This document shows, piece by piece, positions 18,389 to 28,164 of a stretch of 41,349 nucleotides of DNA. The stretch comes from Promethearchaeia archaeon (GTDB lineage: Archaea; Asgardarchaeota; Lokiarchaeia; Sigyniarchaeales; SOKP01), in the NCBI GenBank assembly GCA_029856105.1, contig JAHQWH010000064.1, positions 1 through 41,349 of the forward strand. Reading direction: 5' to 3'. Made by a program: the position numbers and the translations under genes. Position 1 is the stretch's first letter. Each line of letters begins with the position of its first letter. The notes beneath the pieces are model-generated. The model was not told the origin of the DNA. It ran no database searches and saw only the letters and a list, made by a program, of their open reading frames with translations.

Positions 18389-18718
18389 TTAAGTAGAATA
18401 AGAAAGAAAAATTTCACGAATTTTTCCTTTTATAAATCTTATTGATGTGTCTACATTATCGAATATTTTTTGTAAAGTATCAATTACATTAGAATCATTA
18501 TTAGAATTCATTGGTTTCGTGATAATTTGTTTAGTTTCGTAGAGGATTAATGTGTCCTTAGCTTTAGCAAGAAAGTGAAGAATTATCTCAATCTTAACAT
18601 CTAAAGATAAAACTGTATCGTTTTTAATCTCTTTAAATTCGTAGAAAACCTCATCCATTATTCGCTTGTCTAAAAAGCTTAGGAAATTTTCAATATCATC
18701 AATGAAAATTACAATCAA
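18389..18718 (-). CDS. Hypothetical protein
   Basis: 109-aa ORF starting 6 nt after the stop of the upstream minus-strand gene. Confidence 0.6.
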   Translation of the reverse strand: MIVIFIDDIENFLSFLDKRIMDEVFYEFKEIKNDTVLSLDVKIEIILHFLAKAKDTLILYETKQIITKPMNSNNDSNVIDTLQKIFDNVDTSIRFIKGKIREIFLSYST

Positions 18719-18724
18719 TTTGTT

Positions 18725-20437
18725 TTAAGATCGTCTTTTATGATTAAAATAAATGATTAAACCAATAAGGATCAAAGCACCGTTCATACTTCCAAATATA
18801 AGAATCCAAAGTGGGAAATATGGCACATTTGTATTTATATAATTAACTTCGCTAAACGTATTTATTAACGCTTCCATTATTATTACATCATCTTGATAAA
18901 TTTTAACTGTGTAGTTTCCATTAGGAACATTCTCAATTAAAATCTCTCCATTTTCATTCGAATATGCGGGTGCCATAGGTTGATTTAAATCATTTGAGAT
19001 ATAAGTTCCAAATACTTTCCCAAAATAAAGTAATTCTATTCTATAACCAATTAAAGGCATACGTATGTTGTCGGTAATAACAATTTTGAGATCGTTCGAA
19101 GCATCATATTTTATCAAAAACGGGTTTGTTTCACCAACAATGAGATAAGGGATCGTTAATCTCAATCCCTTTCTTTTTACGGCATTTTCAGTAAAGATTA
19201 AGCTATAATCAACGGATGCTTGAGTAATGAACACTATGACGTCATAGTAATTAACAGGTCTATTAAATAAAGAACTATTGCTGATAACTTGATTTAATAT
19301 AATGGTGCTTTCAATTAAAGTTACATTTTCTAAATAAATATGTTCTGGGCCAGATATTAAAGAAGGAAAGTATATTCTTTCCCTTACATTTCTACCTTCG
19401 ATTAATCTATCAATAGCCCAGCTGTATCCAACGGGATCTTCAAATCTAAGAGTAAAATTCGTTTTAAATGTAAAAGAAAATAATTTAGCGTCAGCTGACA
19501 TTGTAACATTTATTAAATTATCTTGTTCTAAAAAGTCGTTAACTACTTGATCGTTGATTTTTAATTGTTGATCGTAAAATAGGTTCTTATCAAGCGGATT
19601 GACGATTATCTCTACAACGAGATTGTCTGCTAGTAAAGGAGGGAGCGTTATATTATCCGACCTCTTTAATCCAATTAGCGTAAAATTATAATAAAATGAA
19701 GGGCTAAAAGTTTGTTCCTGTTGCGTTAATGTTAAAATATTATTTGGTTCTAGAGCTAATTCCCATCCCGCAGGGGTCAATTTATATTCAAAAATGAAAT
19801 AAATAGAAAAATTGTGAAAACTATCCTGGAAGTAGTTTTGATAATCAAAGACTAAATAATCATCAGCATCAAGGGAGTATTCGTCTTCGCTTAATTCTTC
19901 AATGATGGAAGAAGATTCATTTTGTACAAATACTTGTTTGAGAACGAGTGGAAGCAATTTTGGGTTATAAATTAAATAACCTTCCGATCCACCTATAGAA
20001 CTATTATATTGAACGCTAAGCGACTCATTTATCAATACAGTTATTTCATCTGATTCTAGTAAAGACTTATCAAGATTATTGAACTGTGCTATTTCATTAG
20101 TTTGCATATATTGCGTTCCCAGATAGGTAATATTTAACGCTCCAGAAATTAGATCATCGTCGAGGTTAGGGTATCTCTCTGATAGATTAAAAAAACCTTC
20201 TTCATTAAAAGTAAGTTTAGTTATTGTAATATTCCCTAGACCTTGCTCTGGAACATCAAGAATTGGGGTATAATCGTCTTTGGAGAAGTCTTGTATCTTT
20301 GGATCGATGTTTATGTTAATATTTTCACGATCCAAAGAGTTATAATTAAAGAGATCATCCATAAAAATTAATGGAATTATAGAACTTAAGATTACAAAAA
20401 CGACTACGAGATATTTCCTGTAATTGGTGTTCATCAT
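18725..20437 (-). CDS. Large extracellular/membrane-anchored beta-rich protein with a carboxypeptidase-regulatory-like domain near the C terminus
   Basis: N-terminal TM/signal, SNENGEILIENVPNGNYTVKI motif, C-terminal TM followed by a basic tail, many N-x-S/T sequons. Confidence 0.65.
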   Translation of the reverse strand: MMNTNYRKYLVVVFVILSSIIPLIFMDDLFNYNSLDRENININIDPKIQDFSKDDYTPILDVPEQGLGNITITKLTFNEEGFFNLSERYPNLDDDLISGALNITYLGTQYMQTNEIAQFNNLDKSLLESDEITVLINESLSVQYNSSIGGSEGYLIYNPKLLPLVLKQVFVQNESSSIIEELSEDEYSLDADDYLVFDYQNYFQDSFHNFSIYFIFEYKLTPAGWELALEPNNILTLTQQEQTFSPSFYYNFTLIGLKRSDNITLPPLLADNLVVEIIVNPLDKNLFYDQQLKINDQVVNDFLEQDNLINVTMSADAKLFSFTFKTNFTLRFEDPVGYSWAIDRLIEGRNVRERIYFPSLISGPEHIYLENVTLIESTIILNQVISNSSLFNRPVNYYDVIVFITQASVDYSLIFTENAVKRKGLRLTIPYLIVGETNPFLIKYDASNDLKIVITDNIRMPLIGYRIELLYFGKVFGTYISNDLNQPMAPAYSNENGEILIENVPNGNYTVKIYQDDVIIMEALINTFSEVNYINTNVPYFPLWILIFGSMNGALILIGLIIYFNHKRRS

Positions 20438-20687
20438 TATTACTTCAAAATCTAATTATATAACAAAAAATTAAATAAATTTAATTAATTTTTCTTAAAT
20501 TTTTAATTTTTTCTTCAATTTCCATGTATGTCTGGATATGATACAAATATATTTATAGAATTTATTTTTACTTATTTATAACATCTTTTAAAGGTATATT
20601 AATACGCCCAATAGGACTATGTTATTTTTTTCCATTCCATATTAGTTTAAGTAATTTTTGATATATATATATTAAAAAATGATATAA

Positions 20688-22073
20688 ATGGTTCGAAAAC
20701 CAGATCGTAAAAATTTTTTGGAAAAGCTTAATACTGCTGTAGATTTTTTTGAAGATAATTCTCGTAACCTTTACAACAATGTCATTGCGATTTCACATAA
20801 TGACGCAGATGGCATTAGTAGCTTACAAATTATTCAAAATCTGCTTCATAAAATGAACTTTAATTACGATTACTTTATTTATAACCGATCTGTGTCATGG
20901 GCAAATTATCTTAGTGGAATTTTGCCTAAAGCTCAAAATAATAAGATGGCATTAATTTTTACAGATATTGGCTCCAATTTAACAGAACTCGTCCCGATCA
21001 TCAAAAAAAGAAAAGAAGATTTTTACATCCTCGACCACCATGAAGTAGATGGCGATATAGATTTTGATATGCTTCCAGATAATTTATTTTTTGTTAATCC
21101 TACGATTTTTGGGTTTGACGGACTTGATCATATATCTGGGGCTACTTTAGCTTATATGTTTGCAAAAAAGATTAATTTTGCTACAATAAAACAAGGCTGG
21201 TTAGCGGTTATTGGAATAGCAGGTGATTCATTAAAGTCAATGGACAAGCTTCAATCGTTCAATAAGGAGATATATCAAGAGTTGGTTGATGAAGAAGTTA
21301 TTTATGATGAAGAAGGATTAATTCTGTTCGGAGGCATGCATGATTCCATAAAAAACGGTTTAAAATATAGTATTTTACCTTTTTTAAATGGATTTGGTGG
21401 CGAGAATAATCAAAAGATTAAATCTTTCCTAAATAAATTGCAAATAAATCCAAGTAAAAGAGTTGTTGATCTAGATAAAACTGAAATTCAAAAAATCGTA
21501 GATAATACTAATTTAAATATCGGACGCTTTGCTTTATTGCCTCAAAAACAAGGTTTATTGAAATTTGCTTTCGAGCATGCTCTACTACTAAATATTTTGT
21601 CCTTTAAAAACATAAGCGCAGCACTTTCAATCATACGGCAAAGAACAATAACACGTTATGCTAAAGAAATCTACTTTGAATATGTTAGTGGTTTAGTTAA
21701 TAATATGAAAATACTATCAAATGATTTACCTCGCTATGAAACGGAAAAAGCAATTTTTGTAGATGTGGGAAATAGTCCAATCCCACCAAGCAATTGGTCC
21801 GATACGGCAAGCTTTACTTCTGTAAACGGGCTGTTAAACCCAGATAAAATGTTGTTTTTAGGGGGTTTTGAAAAAAAGTCTCAAATGGTAAAACTAAGCA
21901 TTAGATGTTCCAGGAAATATTTAGAAAATAATGAAATGGGCGTAAATAAAGTTATTAATGTAATTAAAGGGAATCTTGGAGGGACTGGCGGAGGACATAA
22001 ATTAGCAGGCGGAATTAGATTATCACTCCCATCGTTTAATATACTAAAACAAAGAGTAGATGGGTTCATTTAA
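20688..22073 (+). CDS. DHH/DHHA1 phosphoesterase, RecJ-like (archaeal RecJ/Cdc45-related family)
   Basis: HNDADG, TDIG, LDHH, SGA and GGGH..AGG motifs. Confidence 0.88.
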   Translation: MVRKPDRKNFLEKLNTAVDFFEDNSRNLYNNVIAISHNDADGISSLQIIQNLLHKMNFNYDYFIYNRSVSWANYLSGILPKAQNNKMALIFTDIGSNLTELVPIIKKRKEDFYILDHHEVDGDIDFDMLPDNLFFVNPTIFGFDGLDHISGATLAYMFAKKINFATIKQGWLAVIGIAGDSLKSMDKLQSFNKEIYQELVDEEVIYDEEGLILFGGMHDSIKNGLKYSILPFLNGFGGENNQKIKSFLNKLQINPSKRVVDLDKTEIQKIVDNTNLNIGRFALLPQKQGLLKFAFEHALLLNILSFKNISAALSIIRQRTITRYAKEIYFEYVSGLVNNMKILSNDLPRYETEKAIFVDVGNSPIPPSNWSDTASFTSVNGLLNPDKMLFLGGFEKKSQMVKLSIRCSRKYLENNEMGVNKVINVIKGNLGGTGGGHKLAGGIRLSLPSFNILKQRVDGFI

Positions 22074-22092
22074 ATAAAAAAAGTAAGTTATT

Positions 22093-22398
22093 ATGGATTT
22101 TATTGAAATAAAATCGAATAATTTGTATTTATTGCGAATAAGAGTAAAAACTAATTCTAAAAAACAAGAAATTTTGCGATATTCTGATACCGACTCTAAC
22201 TTGACAATATTACTTCGTTCGAAACCCGTTCAAAACAAAGCTAATAGAGAACTGTTAAATTTATTAAAAAAGAAACTAAAAGTGTCTTCAGATCAGGTTC
22301 AGATAATCGCAGGGTTAAAGAAAGCAGACAAAATATTACAAGTTAGCTTTTCTGAAAACATCGTAGAATCAGATATAATAAAGAGAATTTTCAATTAA
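22093..22398 (+). CDS. DUF167/UPF0235 (YggU-like) protein
   Basis: IRVK.NS, P.QNKANRELL..L, V.IIAG...ADK pattern. Confidence 0.8.
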   Translation: MDFIEIKSNNLYLLRIRVKTNSKKQEILRYSDTDSNLTILLRSKPVQNKANRELLNLLKKKLKVSSDQVQIIAGLKKADKILQVSFSENIVESDIIKRIFN

Positions 22399-22435
22399 AT
22401 AACAAAATCAACTTTAAGATATTACTGAAGTTAGC

Positions 22436-22798
22436 TCAGCTTCCAATCTTTATCATCTTACCGCATTTTAGACAAGTAATAAAATGGGTCATTCCCTCAT
22501 CCGCACTCCTAGTCTGACGAGTTTCTAAATGAGCTTTATCGTAACCGCATCTTCGACATTTAAAATTTTTAATAGAGCTTCTTAAATTTACTTCTTTCCA
22601 CTTCATAAATTCGTTGAGATTTGTTACTTCCTCTCTGATAGAATGTTCTATTTTAGTTTTTATTCTATAAGAGTTAGATTTTTCCTCAGTAAAAGGTTTC
22701 GTTGCACCACACTTACACTTAAATACTTTTTTACCGTTCACCGTTGAGGGGAGCATCATACCCCCTCCACATTCATCGCAAAACTCCAATATTATCAC
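22436..22798 (-). CDS. tfs: Transcription factor S (TFS)
   Basis: N-terminal FCDECG Zn ribbon; C-terminal CRRCG...QTRSADEG.T.F..CLKCG. Confidence 0.92.
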   Translation of the reverse strand: MIILEFCDECGGGMMLPSTVNGKKVFKCKCGATKPFTEEKSNSYRIKTKIEHSIREEVTNLNEFMKWKEVNLRSSIKNFKCRRCGYDKAHLETRQTRSADEGMTHFITCLKCGKMIKIGS

Positions 22799-22832
22799 AC
22801 CTATTAACTTACTTCTCTAATAAGATATTAAC

Positions 22833-23798
22833 TTAAAATTTTAAACCAAATATTAAGACACAAAAAATTACACCCGCTAAAAGATCTGCGGTTGTACCAG
22901 GGTTTAGCTTTCCATTTTGTTTTTGAAGGTTTTTATCAAATTTAATTGTTAGCTTTAATCCTTTTTTAGTAGAAATTCCTCCTTGTGAAATGATTTTTGA
23001 AGCCATTTCTGAAACTTTCACAGCTTCTGGTTCACCTGCTTTACGAATAATTAAGGTATCTAAATGGGTGCTAAGCAGTTTTAAATACGTATTGACAATT
23101 GTGTTATTTATGTCTTTATATTTCTCATAAGTATCAAAAAAATATGGTAAGCCTTCTTTTAATATAATATTGAAACCACTAGCGTACTCGTTGCTTATTA
23201 AATCGTATTCTTTTGATAGCTCAAATATTTTTTTAAGATTTATATTATCCTTAATAATATCCTTACGTGAATTTTCATCGTTTATATCATACTTTTCTAT
23301 GCTACCTAGTCCACCTGGAATACATATTTTTATAGCGTCGTATAAATTCACCGTATCTTTAACTGTAGCATCTTCGATAACCTTTCTAATTATAAATTCG
23401 AAATCTTCTATCTTTTTCATCTTTAATTTTATACAAATTGTAGCTGCAGCTGCTAGTGGAGCTAAGATAAGAATGTGTCCTAGTAAGACGTTACCTCCAG
23501 ACTGCCACTTCATCATTTGATTAGCCGATTCCTTAAAAAAAAGACCTAATTCAATAGAACTAAAACTTTCTTTTTCACTTTCTACAGAGTTATATACCGT
23601 TTCACAAAATCCCTTAAAATTAGGTTGGATTGCTGCTATACCCGCTAAAAAGTGTTCAAACCTTGTATTTGGAAAATTCTTCGTTCTATGGACATTTCCC
23701 GGTTTAGGCCACCCCGATAACTCCAGCAAGCTCGAAAGATTTATACACCTTACTAAATCATTAACTGATTGGGTAACGATTGCTTTTATAGGAGGCAC
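22833..23798 (-). CDS. citG: CitG-family triphosphoribosyl-dephospho-CoA synthase
   Basis: LE....PKPGNVHR, N..LG, DTLIIRKAG and NPGTTADL motifs. Confidence 0.88.
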   Translation of the reverse strand: MPPIKAIVTQSVNDLVRCINLSSLLELSGWPKPGNVHRTKNFPNTRFEHFLAGIAAIQPNFKGFCETVYNSVESEKESFSSIELGLFFKESANQMMKWQSGGNVLLGHILILAPLAAAATICIKLKMKKIEDFEFIIRKVIEDATVKDTVNLYDAIKICIPGGLGSIEKYDINDENSRKDIIKDNINLKKIFELSKEYDLISNEYASGFNIILKEGLPYFFDTYEKYKDINNTIVNTYLKLLSTHLDTLIIRKAGEPEAVKVSEMASKIISQGGISTKKGLKLTIKFDKNLQKQNGKLNPGTTADLLAGVIFCVLIFGLKF

Positions 23799-23857
23799 AT
23801 TTAAGATATTAATTTTAAAAATTAAAATAGTTTTTTAAAAATTTTTATAAAAGTAAA

Positions 23858-24169
23858 TTAATAATAAGTTAGTTCTAGAACCTTTTTCTCCTTAATTCTA
23901 TAGCCCTGGTTATCTGATGTGTTATATGAGATTGGTCTATATTTTTCATGTAGGTTTTTCCGATACAGAAATTTTTTTAGTCTTAATTTAACTGCTCTCT
24001 TTGACAATTTGAGTGGCATTACTATTTCTAATTCGTTTCCATTTCGATTGAGTTCAATTTGCGGCAATTGCTCCTCTAAAAATCTTAATAAATCGTCCAC
24101 ATATTGTTCTTTTTCTATACTCAAATCTTTGATATCAATTATTAATTCTTTAGTATCAACTTCATTCAT
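23858..24169 (-). CDS. rpl22e: Ribosomal protein eL22 (L22e)-like
   Basis: LSKRAVKLRLKKFLYRKNL..KYRPIS matches eukaryotic [27 protein letters not shown]; N-terminal IID...FL.E also aligns. Confidence 0.8.
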   Translation of the reverse strand: MNEVDTKELIIDIKDLSIEKEQYVDDLLRFLEEQLPQIELNRNGNELEIVMPLKLSKRAVKLRLKKFLYRKNLHEKYRPISYNTSDNQGYRIKEKKVLELTYY

Positions 24170-24305
24170 ATTCTAATCACTCAATATTATAATTAATGAT
24201 ATTATAAATTTTTTTTTATTTTGACCCTTTCAACAATTTTTATAAAAAGATTTAAATGAACTTTTTCTAATAATTATAAAGTACTTTTGAATATGGTGGA
24301 ATGAT

Positions 24306-25583
24306 TTGGTAGATTATGTAGATTTAAGTTATGAACCGAACGAAAATGATCTTGTTGTCATGTATTTCGTTGAAAAAGCGGTTGATTGTGAAAGTCTGGA
24401 AAAAGCGTGCGAGGAAATCGCTAAAGAAAGTTCAATAGGTACATGGACAGATATTTTGACGATGTCTGCAGATATTGCTGAACGCCTCGAACCATCTGCT
24501 TTTTATATAGATCCACAAAATCAAATTATAAAAATTGCTTATTCTGAAGAATTATTTGAAGCCGATAACATGTCTCAAATTCTTAGCGCTATTGCCGGTA
24601 ATATTTTTGGTATGAAGGTGATTAATAATTTAAGGCTTTTAGATATTACATTTCCTAAATATATAGTCAGCAAATATAAAGGACCTAAGTTTGGTATCAA
24701 TGGTATCAGAAAATTAACTAAAGTAGAAAAGAGACCCTTATTAGGAACAATAGTAAAACCTAAAGTAGGATTAAATGAGATCGAACATGCTAAAGTGTGT
24801 GAAGACGCGTGGATGGGAGGTTTAGACATAGTAAAGGACGATGAGAATTTAACCAGTATGGTCTTTAATAAATTCAATAAAAGAGTTGAAGAAACTTTAA
24901 AAGCCCGAAATAGAGCTGAGATTGAAACTGGTGAAAAGAAAATATATATGCCCAATATTACAGCTAAATTAAGCATTATGAAAGAAAGAGCAAATACAGT
25001 AATAGATAACGGCGGAGAATATATAATGGTTGATATTTTTACAGTAGGAATCTCCGCTTTACAAGACCTTCGAGATTATCTAGAAGATAAAAATGTCGTT
25101 ATTCACGCCCATAGAGCTATGCACGCAGCCTTTACGCGTAACAAAAAACATGGAATAACAATGTTAGCTTTAGCCAAAATAATGCGATTAATAGGAATGG
25201 ATCAATTGCACACGGGTACTATCGTTGGAAAAATGGAGGGTGATAAACATGAAGTTTTAGAGACAAATCAAGTAATAACAGAGTCAAAAATTAAAGGGAA
25301 TCATATAACCATGCTGGACCAAGAATGGGGTAATATTAAATCTACATTACCAGTTGCTTCAGGAGGTTTAAGCCCATTACACATTCCTGATTTAATAAAA
25401 TATTTAGGTAGTGACATGGTGTATCAGTTCGGTGGAGGCTGCCATGGTCATCCTAACGGTACAGAAACAGGGGCAAAAGCGATAAGACAGGCGATAGATG
25501 CTGTATTAGAAGGTTCTTCATTAGAAGAAAAAGCTAAGACCTCACCAGAGTTGAAGGATGCAATTAAAAAATGGAGGAAATAA
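24306..25583 (+). CDS. rbcL: RuBisCO large subunit, archaeal form III
   Basis: ESSIGTW, GTIVKPKVG, DIVKDDEN, HAHRAMH, GKMEG, ASGG and FGGG active-site motifs are all present. Confidence 0.95.
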   Translation: MVDYVDLSYEPNENDLVVMYFVEKAVDCESLEKACEEIAKESSIGTWTDILTMSADIAERLEPSAFYIDPQNQIIKIAYSEELFEADNMSQILSAIAGNIFGMKVINNLRLLDITFPKYIVSKYKGPKFGINGIRKLTKVEKRPLLGTIVKPKVGLNEIEHAKVCEDAWMGGLDIVKDDENLTSMVFNKFNKRVEETLKARNRAEIETGEKKIYMPNITAKLSIMKERANTVIDNGGEYIMVDIFTVGISALQDLRDYLEDKNVVIHAHRAMHAAFTRNKKHGITMLALAKIMRLIGMDQLHTGTIVGKMEGDKHEVLETNQVITESKIKGNHITMLDQEWGNIKSTLPVASGGLSPLHIPDLIKYLGSDMVYQFGGGCHGHPNGTETGAKAIRQAIDAVLEGSSLEEKAKTSPELKDAIKKWRK

Positions 25584-25722
25584 TTAATACTAATTTTTTA
25601 AAAAAATAGAAAGTGAATTACTGGAAATGAAATAAATTCCTCCTCGAATTAATTAAAGTTATAGTTTCATATTAAATCCGTAATGAGGTTGTTTTTTAAA
25701 GAATTGTTTCTTTTCATGAGAT

Positions 25723-26658
25723 ATGGATATGAATTTTAGCGATCTCATACTTTCGCAGTTGGTACGAAAAAATATACATGTTGCTTTTTTAAAAGTTGCA
25801 CGTCCATTAGAAATCGCACGATATCAATTTTATTTCGGAGGTGGTTCTGCAGATGCTGTTTTAAAGGAATTATGTTCCTTTCAAAATCATGATGGGGGGT
25901 TCGGACATGGTCTTGAATCGGATTTTCATTTACCCGAATCTACTCCTATGGCAACTTCTGTGGGGTTACGAATTTTGGATACTCTGCCTTCATCAACATT
26001 ACGGGATGAGATGATAGCAAAAGCCCTTCAATACTTAAGAAGTGCATTTTGTTTAGATCGAGTGGGATGGTTTTCAGTGACTCTTGCAGTAAATTCGTTC
26101 CCCCATGCTCCTTGGTGGACTTATGATATTTCCACACAAATGACTCCAATTGATAGGAACTGGGGAAATCCATCTGCTGAACTTTTTGGTTATGCTTATT
26201 CTTATAGAAATTTTATGCCCAATTGGCCTATTGATACATATATTGAACATGCTTTTCAATATTTTAAACAAAAATCAGATTTTCAGAGTGAACATGAACT
26301 ATATTGCTTTCTTCATTTATATCACCATCTCTCATCGGATTTACGTGTTCGTTTAGAAAAGAATTTGCAGAAGGGAATAAATTCATTAATTGTTATAGAT
26401 AAAGAAAAATGGTCTACTTATGTACCACAACCATTGGATTTTCTTATTTTTCCAGAAGATAATTTATGGGGGATATCTGAAGAAAACATAAGGAACAACT
26501 TACAGTTCTATATCTCCCTATTTGAAAAAAATACTTTAATTTACCCAAATTGGGAATGGGCCTCATATCCCTCTCATTGGTCTCTGGCCAAAAAAGAATG
26601 GATTGGGGTTCTAACTTTCAAATATCTCAAAAGACTTCAAGAATTTGGCGTTATTTAA
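25723..26658 (+). CDS. Hypothetical protein, prenyltransferase/squalene-cyclase-like alpha-barrel family
   Basis: ARPLE, FQNHDGGFGHGLESD (QxxDGG repeat) and PHAPWW motifs. Confidence 0.65.
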   Translation: MDMNFSDLILSQLVRKNIHVAFLKVARPLEIARYQFYFGGGSADAVLKELCSFQNHDGGFGHGLESDFHLPESTPMATSVGLRILDTLPSSTLRDEMIAKALQYLRSAFCLDRVGWFSVTLAVNSFPHAPWWTYDISTQMTPIDRNWGNPSAELFGYAYSYRNFMPNWPIDTYIEHAFQYFKQKSDFQSEHELYCFLHLYHHLSSDLRVRLEKNLQKGINSLIVIDKEKWSTYVPQPLDFLIFPEDNLWGISEENIRNNLQFYISLFEKNTLIYPNWEWASYPSHWSLAKKEWIGVLTFKYLKRLQEFGVI

Positions 26659-26779
26659 TTAGGAAGAAAAGTGAGTTTTCTCTTTAATTCTCAATGCACA
26701 TTCCAAACTTGATGTGTCTGTGATTCGATTATTTTGATATAGGGTGATTTCATTGATATATCTTGTTTTTTTTTTAATT

Positions 26780-27715
26780 TTATAGCATATCAGGATATAA
26801 TTTTGCAAAGTAATTATGGACGTGAGAACTTGCGAAGATCCCTGCTTCAGTTATAAGTCCATCTATGTATCTTCTACTTACGGTCTCAAAAGCAGGATTT
26901 AGGATAGTTAAACCCTCTGGAGCGTCCTCCCATACTTCTTTCGGGTCTCTCATTTCAATTTTTTCCAAAATACCAAAGGAAGTTTGAGGATTATATTTTA
27001 AAAGAGGGGATGCAACATAGAAGGGTACGTGTTCTTCGTGTGCCACTAATGCCAACAGTCGAGAACCAATTTTGTTAATAATCGTGCCCTCTGAAGTAAT
27101 AGAATCTGCTCCAATAATTATTAAATCTACTTCGTAATGATTAACAACCCAACGCATAGCACTATCAATTACGTGAATAACTTCAATTCCAGCATCAAGT
27201 AATTTTCTGACGGTTTTTTTTCCTTGTAATCTAGGTTGAGTTTCTGTTGCTACGACTTTAAAATGGTCTTTCCCCTGTCTTTTTGCCTCTAATAGGATAG
27301 CATTTACGATGCTTGAATGGCAATGAGTCATTATAATGAAGTTATCGTCCGTACTTACATCAGGAATTCTCCTTGCGCCTATTTCAGCTATTTTCTTTTT
27401 TGAATTTTGCATCAATAATTTATATTCATCCTTACAACTGGCAATTAATTCCAAAATTTCTTTTATTGATAATGAATCTATTTTTTTTTTTAATCGATTT
27501 GTAATATAATTAAGTCCATTTCTCAAGGCAGGCTCAGTCGCCCTCGTCTGGAATAAAATGGTATTAGCTTCTACTAATTTATTAAATAAATCTTCTGATG
27601 TAATGGTTTCACCAATTCTTTGCGCGTAATCGCTTAAGAATTGTATTGCACTAATTGCTACATTTGAAGCTCCCTGAATTTCTAAGGATTTAATCTTTTC
27701 AGCGTCCTTTAACAA
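26780..27715 (-). CDS. Ribose-1,5-bisphosphate isomerase (eIF2B-like)
   Basis: EIQGA, TRATEPALRN, MTHCHS, ETQPRLQG, GADSIT, NKIG and NPAFE motifs; next to form III RuBisCO. Confidence 0.88.
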   Translation of the reverse strand: MLKDAEKIKSLEIQGASNVAISAIQFLSDYAQRIGETITSEDLFNKLVEANTILFQTRATEPALRNGLNYITNRLKKKIDSLSIKEILELIASCKDEYKLLMQNSKKKIAEIGARRIPDVSTDDNFIIMTHCHSSIVNAILLEAKRQGKDHFKVVATETQPRLQGKKTVRKLLDAGIEVIHVIDSAMRWVVNHYEVDLIIIGADSITSEGTIINKIGSRLLALVAHEEHVPFYVASPLLKYNPQTSFGILEKIEMRDPKEVWEDAPEGLTILNPAFETVSRRYIDGLITEAGIFASSHVHNYFAKLYPDML

Positions 27716-27785
27716 TTGTTGTATATTTATTCACCAATTTTTTTAATGTTAATATATAGGATATCTATATTTTTAATTTATTATC

Positions 27786-27977
27786 TTACTTTAATTGATC
27801 TTCATTATCTGAATTCTGGGTCAACTCTAAATCCTTCGGATTTATCTCTATATAGAGAGCTCCAACGTAATCACACGAGGTACATTCAAATATGTTTGGT
27901 GTTAACCAACCCGCAACATTAACAGCGGTTTTCAAAGTAGGTTTTTTACACTTAGGACAAATTCTTATGCGTGCCAT
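27786..27977 (-). CDS. Small Zn-ribbon protein (start at ATG 27977 preferred)
   Basis: CPKC...GWLTP..FECTSCDYVG. Confidence 0.7.
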   Translation of the reverse strand: MARIRICPKCKKPTLKTAVNVAGWLTPNIFECTSCDYVGALYIEINPKDLELTQNSDNEDQLK

Positions 27978-28164
27978 TTTGCTTTTAATTAATTTTACTG
28001 TAATTAGAAATGAATAATTCTTATATTTTTTGATCAATATTCAATAATCACAAATAACATTTAGCCTCTATCATTATAAATACATAGATGTTCCTAAAAA
28101 AGTGTTAATATATTTTCTGTGATTTTACAATTTAACTGAAATAATCAACGCTTAACCTACTAAA

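Noticed and set aside
24306-25583. Calvin-cycle carbon fixation
   Set aside because: The enzyme looks like form III, with no small subunit or phosphoribulokinase in view; the adjacent R15P isomerase points to nucleoside salvage.
26780-27715. True eIF2B subunit or methylthioribose-1-phosphate isomerase
   Set aside because: The EIQGA/TEPA/THCHS motifs and RuBisCO linkage fit R15P isomerase better.
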